From Bacillota bacterium (GTDB taxonomy: Bacteria > Macinerneyibacteriota > Macinerneyibacteria > Macinerneyibacteriales > DSCS01): a stretch of DNA of 64,000 nucleotides. The position numbers were made by a program, and so were the translations under genes. The stretch is from assembly GCA_011048995.1 (NCBI GenBank), contig DSCS01000029.1, positions 5,942 through 69,941 on the forward strand, written 5' to 3'. This document shows, one piece after another, positions 27,949 to 38,412 of this stretch. The stretch's first letter is position 1. Each line of letters opens with the position of its first letter. The notes under the pieces were generated by a model, which made no database searches, was not told the origin of the DNA, and was given only the letters and a program-made list of their open reading frames with translations.

Positions 27949-29181
27949 ATGTTATCCGACATTGAAAGACTTTATTCTATCAACGCTATGAACATGAAAC
28001 GTTCTGTTATCAGGGATCTGCTGAAATTGACAGCCAAACCGGAGATCATCTCTTTCGCCGGAGGTTTACCGGCTCCTGAGACTTTCCCCGTTGATGATTT
28101 AAAACCGATTGTAGCGGAAGTTCTTGAAAAAGAAGGAACCAAAGCTCTCCAATACGGAACCACTGAGGGAGATGATATGCTGAAAGAGCAGATCATTAAA
28201 TTTATGGCAGCCGATGGAGTGTCAGGACTGACCAAAGAGAATATTCTGGTGGTCAGTGCTTCACAGCAAGCCTTGGATATGGTCTGTAAACTTTTTGTCA
28301 ACCCTAATGATCCTGTGATTATCGGGCTTCCCTCCTACGTGGGGACCATCAGCGCCATGCGGAGCTACAGTGCCCGTACGGTGGGCATTCCTCTTCAGGA
28401 TGACGGAATGGATATGGATAAGCTGGAGTCTGAGATAAAACGTCTGGTCAAGGAAAGCGGTCCTCCCAAATTCATATATGTTATCCCCGATTTTCAAAAC
28501 CCCGCGGGCATTACATTAACGTTAGAAAAAAGAAAGCGTTTGTTAGAGATCGCGTATAAGTATCAGGTATTGATTATAGAGGATTCCCCGTACCGCAGTC
28601 TCCGATATAACGGGGAGACAGTTCCTTCGATCTATTCTCTGGACACAGAAGGCCATACGGTGGGACTCTATACCTTTTCTAAGATCTTCTGCCCCGGATT
28701 CCGTTTGGGCTGGATCATCGGGCCCGCAGAGATTATTAACAAGTTCGTTGTCTCCAAACAGGCTATGGATCTTTGTACACCGCCCTTTTCACAGAAAATT
28801 GCCGCCTATTACATGGAAAAAGGCCTTCTGGAAGAACGGATCAAGAAAAACGTGGAGATCTATAAAGTCAAAAAAGATGCGATGCTGGCCGCTCTGGATA
28901 AATATATGCCTCGCAGGGATGACCTGACCTGGACAAAACCTGAGGGTGGAATGTTCCTGTGGCTGAAGATGCCGGAGTTCATCAATATGGATGACCTCTT
29001 TTATAAAGCTTTGGAAAATAATGTGGCGTATGTCATCGGAAGCGCCTTTTATGTCAATGACGGAGGAAAAAATACTTGCCGCCTGAACTTTTCCTATCCT
29101 TCCCTTGAGGCCATTGACGAGGGGACCAAAAGATTGAGTGAGGTTATTAAAGAGGCGCTTAAAGAGCATGAAGGGAAATAA
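27949..29181 (+). CDS. PLP-dependent aminotransferase (class I/II fold).
   Basis: Aminotransferase fold with PLP lysine context YTFSKIFCPGFRLGW. Strong AAAGGAGGGG RBS before the ATG at 27949. The tracked ORF begins at an upstream GTG. Confidence 0.7.
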   Translation: MLSDIERLYSINAMNMKRSVIRDLLKLTAKPEIISFAGGLPAPETFPVDDLKPIVAEVLEKEGTKALQYGTTEGDDMLKEQIIKFMAADGVSGLTKENILVVSASQQALDMVCKLFVNPNDPVIIGLPSYVGTISAMRSYSARTVGIPLQDDGMDMDKLESEIKRLVKESGPPKFIYVIPDFQNPAGITLTLEKRKRLLEIAYKYQVLIIEDSPYRSLRYNGETVPSIYSLDTEGHTVGLYTFSKIFCPGFRLGWIIGPAEIINKFVVSKQAMDLCTPPFSQKIAAYYMEKGLLEERIKKNVEIYKVKKDAMLAALDKYMPRRDDLTWTKPEGGMFLWLKMPEFINMDDLFYKALENNVAYVIGSAFYVNDGGKNTCRLNFSYPSLEAIDEGTKRLSEVIKEALKEHEGK

Positions 29182-29185
29182 TATA

Positions 29186-29214
29186 TTGACATTGCCTGTT
29201 TTTTTCCGTAAAAT
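29186..29214 (+). promoter_or_regulatory. Near-consensus sigma70 promoter.
   Basis: TTGACA at 29186-29191, a 17-nt spacer, then TAAAAT at 29209-29214. It sits directly after the aminotransferase stop and before the lipoprotein gene. Confidence 0.55.
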
Positions 29215-29241
29215 CTTAGAAAAATACAGAAGGGGGATTGT

Positions 29242-30126
29242 ATGAAAAGATTGTTTTTTCCTTTTATTTTCATATTAATAATGGCTGTTTTAGCCGGCTG
29301 TCAATCAGGAGGGAATGTTATCCTGGATAAAGCCGCTATCAGCAAAGCCCAGACGTCTATAAAGGACTTGGCAAAGATCGTTGAATCCTATAAAAGGTTG
29401 AACGACGGGAATTTCCCGCCTGAGGATCAGCCTCTTTTTGATTCTCTTGAGGGTTTCATTACTGACGTGAAAAAGGATCAGTTTATACCGACTTTTGAAA
29501 ACACTTATAACAAGATGATCCTTGAGATGCTGGAGAAAAAAGGCGGCATCAACTTTACACACAATGAGTTGGCAGATCTCTTCGCTCCGGTTGTCTTCTC
29601 CAAGGACGATGTCGACATGACTGAGGAAGAGATAAAGGAGTCGTTCATTGCTAATTTGGAGGCTTTGGAGATCCCCGATCCTACTGAAAGTGATATTTAT
29701 GATTCGCTGAATGCAATTTTCCCTAAAAGGAAAACAGAGATCGTTTCTTACAGCGAGATTACTACGCTTATGGACACAACAAAATTGAAAAAAGGTAAAG
29801 AAGAGATCCTGACTCCTGATCAGCTGACTAAATTGAAAAAAGATGCCAGAAGGATTTACGGAAGCTCTCTTCCTCCCTTTAATACGGACCCCGCCAAAGG
29901 CGGCTGGTCTCAGCCGAAATGGATTATTATCGAACCTGATGTCGATCTCATCGTAGAACACAGAGCTGAACGTTTTACCGAAAGAAACGGAAGAGCACCC
30001 AGAGCCAGAGAGCTGAATACCTGGCGTCGGGAAGCGGAGACCTATGCGTCAAACAGCAGAGTGGGCTACATTGTCTGGGTCGCCAATGACTCCAACAATT
30101 CACTTGTTTACGCCAAAGTTAACTGA
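29242..30126 (+). CDS. Lipoprotein of unknown function (294 aa).
   Basis: Lipoprotein signal MKRLFFPFIFILIMAVLAGCQSG. Acidic, helical mature part. Confidence 0.6.
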   Translation: MKRLFFPFIFILIMAVLAGCQSGGNVILDKAAISKAQTSIKDLAKIVESYKRLNDGNFPPEDQPLFDSLEGFITDVKKDQFIPTFENTYNKMILEMLEKKGGINFTHNELADLFAPVVFSKDDVDMTEEEIKESFIANLEALEIPDPTESDIYDSLNAIFPKRKTEIVSYSEITTLMDTTKLKKGKEEILTPDQLTKLKKDARRIYGSSLPPFNTDPAKGGWSQPKWIIIEPDVDLIVEHRAERFTERNGRAPRARELNTWRREAETYASNSRVGYIVWVANDSNNSLVYAKVN

Positions 30127-30137
30127 TCTTGAAAAGC

Positions 30138-30166
30138 AGGGGGAGTGTCTGCTCCCCCTTTTTTAT
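30138..30166 (+). terminator. Rho-independent terminator-like hairpin after the lipoprotein gene.
   Basis: Stem GGGGGAG, loop TGTCTG, stem CTCCCCC, followed by TTTTTTATT. Confidence 0.55.
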
Positions 30167-30167
30167 T

Positions 30168-30668
30168 ATGGAGCCTGATAGAATGAATGGCCGGATTGAA
30201 GCAGAGGGACGGGCCAAAACCCTCATAGAACTTATTTTTTGTGAATATGAAAAAGACAGAAAACAGGACCGCCTGTCCTACCGTATCTTTTCTTTTTTCA
30301 GGCGTCTTTTCAATAAAGAAGAAGAGATCCCGCTGACACATGGCGGGTATTTGGAAGACGAAGAAAGTGTGCGGATTTTGGAGAGCCTTAAATCAAAAGA
30401 GATCTCGGCCCCGGATGATAAAGTCCTGATCGTCTCCCGTGAAGGGGTCGTCTATGCTGATATCAAAGGAACTTTTGTCTATATCTCCGGAGAAGTCCAT
30501 GGTGATATCGCAGCCCGACATGTTTACGTCAAAGGGCTTGCCGAAGGAGATATAAAAGCGGCTCATGTGGAAATATTTACCGGAGGAGAAGTCTCAGGCC
30601 ATGTGGAGACATCCCGCCTTTTGCTGCATAAAAAGGGTGTTCTGCGAGGCCAATGCGATATAAACTGA
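30168..30668 (+). CDS. Bactofilin-domain protein; N-terminal start uncertain.
   Basis: C-terminal beta-helix repeats VYADIKGTFVYISGEVHGDIAARHVYVKGLAEGDIKAAHVEIFTGGEVSGHVETSRLLL. The track begins at a TTG at 30129. The first ATG at 30168 directly follows the terminator and has no good RBS. The next ATG is at 30183. Confidence 0.55.
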   Translation: MEPDRMNGRIEAEGRAKTLIELIFCEYEKDRKQDRLSYRIFSFFRRLFNKEEEIPLTHGGYLEDEESVRILESLKSKEISAPDDKVLIVSREGVVYADIKGTFVYISGEVHGDIAARHVYVKGLAEGDIKAAHVEIFTGGEVSGHVETSRLLLHKKGVLRGQCDIN

Positions 30669-30687
30669 ATGGAACGGAGGAGATCAT

Positions 30688-32769
30688 ATGACAATAGAAA
30701 TGGATAAAATCAGAAATATAGCTTTAGCAGGTCACAGCGGAACAGGGAAAACTCTCCTGACTGAGGCTGTGATGATGATAACAAAACAGATTAACAGAAT
30801 GGGGAATACAACAGAAGGAAATACGGTGTCCGATTATTCTCCTGAAGAAATCAAAAGGCAGATTTCCATTAATTCGTCTGTTTTGAGCTTCGATTGGAAA
30901 AAAACACATTATACCATAATCGATTTGCCCGGTTATAGTGACTTTATTACAGAGATGATGACCGGTCTCTTTGCGGCGGATCATATTGTCACGACTGTTT
31001 CTGCAGCGGCAGGTATCCAGATAGGAACAGAATCGGTGTGGGAAGAGGCCTCCCGTATGGGGAAAAAGGTTTATATTTTTGTAACCAAATTGGACCGGGA
31101 AAATACGGATTTTTACTCGACCCTGGAGGAATTGACTGCAAAATTGACACATCCGCGGCCTGTCGCAATGCAGCTGCCGATCGGGAAAGATTTGAATTTC
31201 AAGGGACTGGTCGATTTGGTCGGGATGAAAGCTTATGAATACGGGGAAGACGGTGCGGCTAAAGAGGTTGAGATCCCCGGGGGGATGAAGACTCAAGTTG
31301 ATGAATACCGGGAAAAACTTATGGAAGCCATCGCCGAAGAGGATGAAAGCCTCATGGAAAAAGTTTTGGAAGGGGAAGCTCTTACCGATGAAGAGATGTC
31401 CCGGGGGCTTGAAAAAGCTATGGCCGGAGGTAATATTGCCCCGGTTCTTTTAGGCTCAGCCGAAAAATTGATCGGTGTTTCTACTTTTCTGGAATTTTTT
31501 GCTGAAAACGTTTCTTCTCCTCTCAATGAAAATAATTATTATGAGATCAAAAAGGATGAGAAAGTTCCCGTCACCCTTGATCCCAATGCTCCTTTCTGTG
31601 CGAAAGTGTTTAAAACTCTGGTGGATCCCTATGCCGGCAAGATGAATTTTTTTAAAGTCCTTTCTGGAAAACTCAAAGCCGGAGATAGCGTTCATGTCCA
31701 GGAAAGCCGGAAGAGCGAGCGTATTGCGCATGTTTATACAGCCTTAGGAAAAAAGATCAACGATGTAGGTGAAGTGCCCACAGGAATGATCGGCGTCATT
31801 TCCAAAGTGGAGAGCATCAAAACCGGTGATACCCTGACAGCCGGTTCCGATGACAAGATCATCGAATTTATTCCGGAGTTGAGGCCGATTTATTCTTTGG
31901 CCATTTCTGCTGTTTCTTCTTCCGATCAGGATAAATTGGGAACGGGATTGGCTAAGCTGACTGAAGAAGACCCGTCACTGAAAAGCTGGCGCAATACAGA
32001 CACCCATGAGTCCATTATCTCGGGAATGGGAGATATTCATTTAGATGTCATGGTCGCCCGTCTAAAGGAGCGCTTCGGCGTCGATGTGACGACAAAGACT
32101 CCCAAAGTGGCTTACAAAGAGACCATAACAAAACCGGCTCAGTCCCAGGGAAAATATAAGAAGCAATCAGGAGGCCGCGGCCAATACGGTGATGTCCATG
32201 TCAAATTTGAGCCACTGCCCCGGGGGAAAGGTTTCGAGTTTGTGGATGCTGTGGTCGGCGGGGTCGTTCCCGGGAAATATATTCCCGCAGCGGAAAAAGG
32301 AATCAGAGAAGCCATGGAAAAAGGCGTTTTAGCCGGATATCAGGTCGTTGACATCAAAGCGACTCTTTATGACGGTTCTTATCATCCTGTTGATTCCTCA
32401 GAGATGGCTTTTAAGATCGCTGCCTCCATGGCTTTCAAAAAAGCCTTTGAAACGGCCGGCGGAGCTATCCTGGAGCCTGTCATGAAAGTCCAGGTTACCG
32501 TTCCCGAAGAGTCCATGGGTGATGTCATGGGCGGACTCAACAGCAAAAGAGGACGGATCCTGGGGATGAACCCGGCAGGAAAAGGACTGCAGCGTATTGA
32601 TGCCGAAGTCCCGGAATCAGAGATGCTCAGTTATGCGATAGATTTGCGTTCCGCTACAAGCGGTCGGGGGAAATTTACAACGGAGTTCTCCCATTATGAA
32701 GTTGCTCCTCACGAAGTCATGGAAAAAGTCATTGCCGAAGCCAAAGTGGAGGCTGAAGACGAGGAGTAG
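30688..32769 (+). CDS. EF-G-2-type elongation factor G paralog (EF-G-like GTPase).
   Basis: P-loop AGHSGTGKTLLTE, G3 DLPGYSDF, G4 replaced by TKLD. EF-G domain IV/V is strongly conserved (QGKYKKQSGGRGQYGDVHVKFEP, YDGSYHPVDSSEMAFKIAASMAFKKA). Overall it resembles Thermus-type EF-G-2 rather than canonical FusA. Confidence 0.8.
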   Translation: MTIEMDKIRNIALAGHSGTGKTLLTEAVMMITKQINRMGNTTEGNTVSDYSPEEIKRQISINSSVLSFDWKKTHYTIIDLPGYSDFITEMMTGLFAADHIVTTVSAAAGIQIGTESVWEEASRMGKKVYIFVTKLDRENTDFYSTLEELTAKLTHPRPVAMQLPIGKDLNFKGLVDLVGMKAYEYGEDGAAKEVEIPGGMKTQVDEYREKLMEAIAEEDESLMEKVLEGEALTDEEMSRGLEKAMAGGNIAPVLLGSAEKLIGVSTFLEFFAENVSSPLNENNYYEIKKDEKVPVTLDPNAPFCAKVFKTLVDPYAGKMNFFKVLSGKLKAGDSVHVQESRKSERIAHVYTALGKKINDVGEVPTGMIGVISKVESIKTGDTLTAGSDDKIIEFIPELRPIYSLAISAVSSSDQDKLGTGLAKLTEEDPSLKSWRNTDTHESIISGMGDIHLDVMVARLKERFGVDVTTKTPKVAYKETITKPAQSQGKYKKQSGGRGQYGDVHVKFEPLPRGKGFEFVDAVVGGVVPGKYIPAAEKGIREAMEKGVLAGYQVVDIKATLYDGSYHPVDSSEMAFKIAASMAFKKAFETAGGAILEPVMKVQVTVPEESMGDVMGGLNSKRGRILGMNPAGKGLQRIDAEVPESEMLSYAIDLRSATSGRGKFTTEFSHYEVAPHEVMEKVIAEAKVEAEDEE

Positions 32770-32820
32770 GATGACAATGTCGATCGTTCCCTTTGGGGGA
32801 TATAAAAAAGGAGGTCGGGT

Positions 32821-33528
32821 ATGAAACGAATAATGATGATGGCTCTGGTCCTTGTTGTTTCTGTTGTGGCCGCAGCTGCCCTTACTGTGGGTGAGGTCAT
32901 TGACATGGGAGCTTATGAAAACAAAGGGATATCTGCTGACATGACTCAGAATATCTCTGTGCCGGCTCAGAACATGAAAATGCGGTTTACCGGAAAGATT
33001 TACATGAAGGGAGACAACAGCCGCGTAGAAATGATCATTGCTCAGGACAGCTTTAATAATCCTGCTCAGTATCAGCAGGTCAAAATGATGAAAATGGATG
33101 AAATGATCATTATCAGTAATGAAAAAGACGGGAAATCCGTTAATATTTTGGCCTATCCCAAACTTAACGGATACGTGGAATCTACAGAAGATGAGATGGC
33201 CGGTGCAGGGGCCGAAATGGATAGTATTGCCAAGATGGCCAAAGAACTTGTTGAAAAAGTAGGGACAGAGACTTTTGCAGGTGTTCAGGCTATGAAGTAT
33301 CGCATTATTCCGGATCCGGAAGACGAAGATGCTGAAGAAAGCTTTTTCTATGTGAATCCTTCCAACAAGCTTATTGTCGGTTTTTCCTTTTCCAGTGAAG
33401 AAGGAAGCGTGGGAACCGTTGAATTCACACAGCTGAAAACCGGGGTTGAAGACTCGCTTTTCAATGCGCCGGCGAATATGAAAAAATTTGACAGCGTCCA
33501 GCAGCTGGCTATGAGCGGCATGATGTAA
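32821..33528 (+). CDS. Secreted hypothetical protein (235 aa).
   Basis: Signal peptide MKRIMMMALVLVVSVVAAAAL. A GGAGG RBS precedes the start. Confidence 0.55.
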   Translation: MKRIMMMALVLVVSVVAAAALTVGEVIDMGAYENKGISADMTQNISVPAQNMKMRFTGKIYMKGDNSRVEMIIAQDSFNNPAQYQQVKMMKMDEMIIISNEKDGKSVNILAYPKLNGYVESTEDEMAGAGAEMDSIAKMAKELVEKVGTETFAGVQAMKYRIIPDPEDEDAEESFFYVNPSNKLIVGFSFSSEEGSVGTVEFTQLKTGVEDSLFNAPANMKKFDSVQQLAMSGMM

Positions 33529-33555
33529 GATTTCAGCTTAAACTATTATTTGTTT

Positions 33556-33584
33556 AAAGGCGGCTTTCGGGCCGCCTTTTTTTT
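33556..33584 (+). terminator. Strong Rho-independent terminator.
   Basis: Stem AAAGGCGGC, loop TTTCGG, stem GCCGCCTTT, followed by a T-run. Confidence 0.8.
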
Positions 33585-33630
33585 GAAACAGTTCCTTCCT
33601 TTTGCCTGTCTCATAGGAAAAAGGAGAATT

Positions 33631-34614
33631 ATGCGTATCCTGATTCTTGGCGGAACACTTTTTTTGGGACGCCACCTGACTGAAGAATGCCTGAAACGGG
33701 GTTATCATGTCACATTGTTCCACAGGGGAAAACATCCTGCCCCTTCCGAATGGCCTGTTGAGATCATCCATGGAGACAGAAGAGAAGGGCTTTCCCCTTT
33801 GTCGGGACAAAAATGGGACCATGTCATTGATACATCAGGATATCTCCCGGATGATATCCTGCGTGCTGCCGCCTTCTTAAAGGGACAGACAGACCATTAT
33901 ACTTTTATTTCATCAATATCCGTTTACGAAGACTTTTCAAAAACACATTTAACAGAAGAAGCGCACCTTCTGCGTCTTGATAATCCTGAAGAAACAGATA
34001 TTAACGCCCATTACGGAGCACTGAAAGCTGCATGTGAAACCGTTGTCAGGGAACGTTTCCCTCAAAGCTTGATCGTGCGTCCGGGATTGATTGCAGGTCC
34101 TTTTGATTCCAGCGATCGTTTTACCTATTGGCCGGTGAAGCTGTTCACCCGGGAAAAAGTACTGGCTCCGGGAGAACCCGATCAACCGGTACAATTTATC
34201 GACGTGAGAGATCTTTCCTGTTGGATTCTGGACAATGCGGTTGTTCAAACATGCGGGACTTACAATTTGACAGGGCCTCGCGAGCCGATGACGATGAGAG
34301 AGATGCTGTTGAGATTGGAGAAGATGCCGGAGATAAAGGGCAAGGCCGTTTTTGCTCCTGAAGCGTTTCTTAAAAAAATGAAGGTCAATCCATGGACAGA
34401 CCTTCCTCTTTGGATCTCAGAAGAAATGGGGATTCCCGGGCATAATACAGTGCATATAGGAAAAGCTCTGGATAAGGGACTGGAAACACGCTCCTTGGAA
34501 GAGACCGCCGGCGATATATTGGAATGGTACCACAATAAAGGATGCCCTGGATTGGCTTGGGGCCTTTCTGAAAAGAGGGAAAAGGAGGTCATCGATTTAT
34601 GGGAAAGACAATAA
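33631..34614 (+). CDS. NAD(P)-dependent epimerase/dehydratase-family (atypical SDR) protein.
   Basis: Rossmann motif MRILILGGTLFLGRHL. AAGGAGA RBS before the ATG at 33631. The tracked ORF 33550.. is over-extended across the upstream terminator. Confidence 0.65.
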   Translation: MRILILGGTLFLGRHLTEECLKRGYHVTLFHRGKHPAPSEWPVEIIHGDRREGLSPLSGQKWDHVIDTSGYLPDDILRAAAFLKGQTDHYTFISSISVYEDFSKTHLTEEAHLLRLDNPEETDINAHYGALKAACETVVRERFPQSLIVRPGLIAGPFDSSDRFTYWPVKLFTREKVLAPGEPDQPVQFIDVRDLSCWILDNAVVQTCGTYNLTGPREPMTMREMLLRLEKMPEIKGKAVFAPEAFLKKMKVNPWTDLPLWISEEMGIPGHNTVHIGKALDKGLETRSLEETAGDILEWYHNKGCPGLAWGLSEKREKEVIDLWERQ

Positions 34615-35702
34615 CAATCACATTTATTCTTTTCGCAGTACTGGCAGCTTGTTCGGCTCCGACCGATACTATTGTCATTAATGAGACGGAGTCCCGTAGA
34701 CTATTTCAGGAGAAGTCTTTGAGCTTTGAAGGGAAATCCCTTTTTTCTTTGTCTGACACAGACGGACAACATCTGGCTTATGTTTACACTGATCAAGTGA
34801 ATAATCCGGAATCAGGCGTGGTCGAAGTGAGAGATTCTGAATTAGAGCTTGTCTCGTCATTTACATTGAATAGGGGAAAAGGCCCCGGGGAAGTTCTTTT
34901 TCCCGCTTTTTTGCTGCTAAGAGGAGATAAGGTCTTTATTTTGGACGGCTCCAAGAAAACGATTGAGATGATGAATACACAGGGGGAATACCGGGACACT
35001 TTACTGCTTCAGGGGAATTTTTCGATTTTCAAGTGGATTACACCCCTTGTGAGATACAGGGACACCTGGGCACTCGCTCCTGTTTTGCCCGAGCTGCTTG
35101 TCAAAGTGAATGAGAAGGGGGAAATCATCCGATCTGTTCCCAGCTGGCTGAAGGACAATAACGATGGCAGGATGTGGCAGGAGCATGCTTGCCGAATCAC
35201 CGGAGACCCTCAAGGGAACCTGTATCTTTCTTTTAATGAAGATAAATTTGAAATGCGTAAATATGATCAGGATCTGAATCTCATCTGGGCCAGAAAATAT
35301 AAAGACAAGACCAAACCCCTTCCGGGAATGACGATGACTGTGCTGGGGGACGCCAAACAGCCGGTGGGGACTTTTGTCCACTCATCTTTTTTCTACAACA
35401 GTGGTAAACTTTATATGCTCCGCGGGGTAGGTGGACAGGTCCGTTTTCGCATGAGCGGACGTGAAAAAGAGCGTTACATCACTCCCATTGAAGGAGTGTC
35501 GAATGCTTTTATTGACGTCTTCGATGCCCATGACGGCTCTTTTTTAAACCGTTTCGAGGCTCCCTTTGTCAGGACAGATTGCTGGAGTGAAGTGATGAAG
35601 ATCGGCGAAACTTTTTACTTTGTCATTCTTTCAGCAGGGTTGTCAGAAGGAGAAAACCGTCCCGATAATATTGTCATCAAGGCGGTTTTGAGAACGAAGT
35701 GA
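34599..35702 (+). CDS. Lipoprotein of unknown function (367 aa), beta-rich.
   Basis: Lipoprotein signal MGKTITITFILFAVLAACSAP with lipobox LAAC. Overlaps the upstream stop. Confidence 0.55.
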   Translation: MGKTITITFILFAVLAACSAPTDTIVINETESRRLFQEKSLSFEGKSLFSLSDTDGQHLAYVYTDQVNNPESGVVEVRDSELELVSSFTLNRGKGPGEVLFPAFLLLRGDKVFILDGSKKTIEMMNTQGEYRDTLLLQGNFSIFKWITPLVRYRDTWALAPVLPELLVKVNEKGEIIRSVPSWLKDNNDGRMWQEHACRITGDPQGNLYLSFNEDKFEMRKYDQDLNLIWARKYKDKTKPLPGMTMTVLGDAKQPVGTFVHSSFFYNSGKLYMLRGVGGQVRFRMSGREKERYITPIEGVSNAFIDVFDAHDGSFLNRFEAPFVRTDCWSEVMKIGETFYFVILSAGLSEGENRPDNIVIKAVLRTK

Positions 35703-35799
35703 AAAGACCCTGAGGAGAAGGGGCGGCCTGTGCCCCGCAAGGATCAGTCTTTGCCCGAGTGCTGATATTTGTGGGGGCTTTTAGGCCCCGACTCCTCCA

Positions 35800-35836
35800 T
35801 ATTATTCTTTACTTTTCCTCTGAATCTGGTATAATA
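35800..35836 (+). promoter_or_regulatory. Candidate extended -10 promoter for gyrB.
   Basis: TGgTATAAT at 35827-35835. It lies 135 nt upstream of the gyrB ATG, after two short GC hairpins (GGGGC...GCCCC). Confidence 0.35.
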
Positions 35837-35910
35837 TTTGCAGTTGAAAAGCGTTTATAATGTATGTATTCCGTAATAAAACAAGGCAATTTTAAGTTAA
35901 AGGCTTTTAA

Positions 35911-38385
<2,475 letters not shown>

Positions 38386-38412
38386 AGGGAAGAGTGTTCC
38401 GAGGAGGAATTC

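Noticed and set aside
30129-30167. TTG start at 30129 for the bactofilin-like gene.
   Set aside because: It would place the start 3 nt after the upstream stop and translate through the terminator hairpin, with no RBS. The ATG at 30168 or 30183 is more plausible, though still uncertain.
33550-33630. N-terminal extension of the tracked ORF 33550..34614.
   Set aside because: The extension runs straight through a strong Rho-independent terminator (AAAGGCGGC-TTTCGG-GCCGCCTTT plus T-run). The real start is the ATG at 33631, which has an AAGGAGA RBS and the Rossmann motif right after it.
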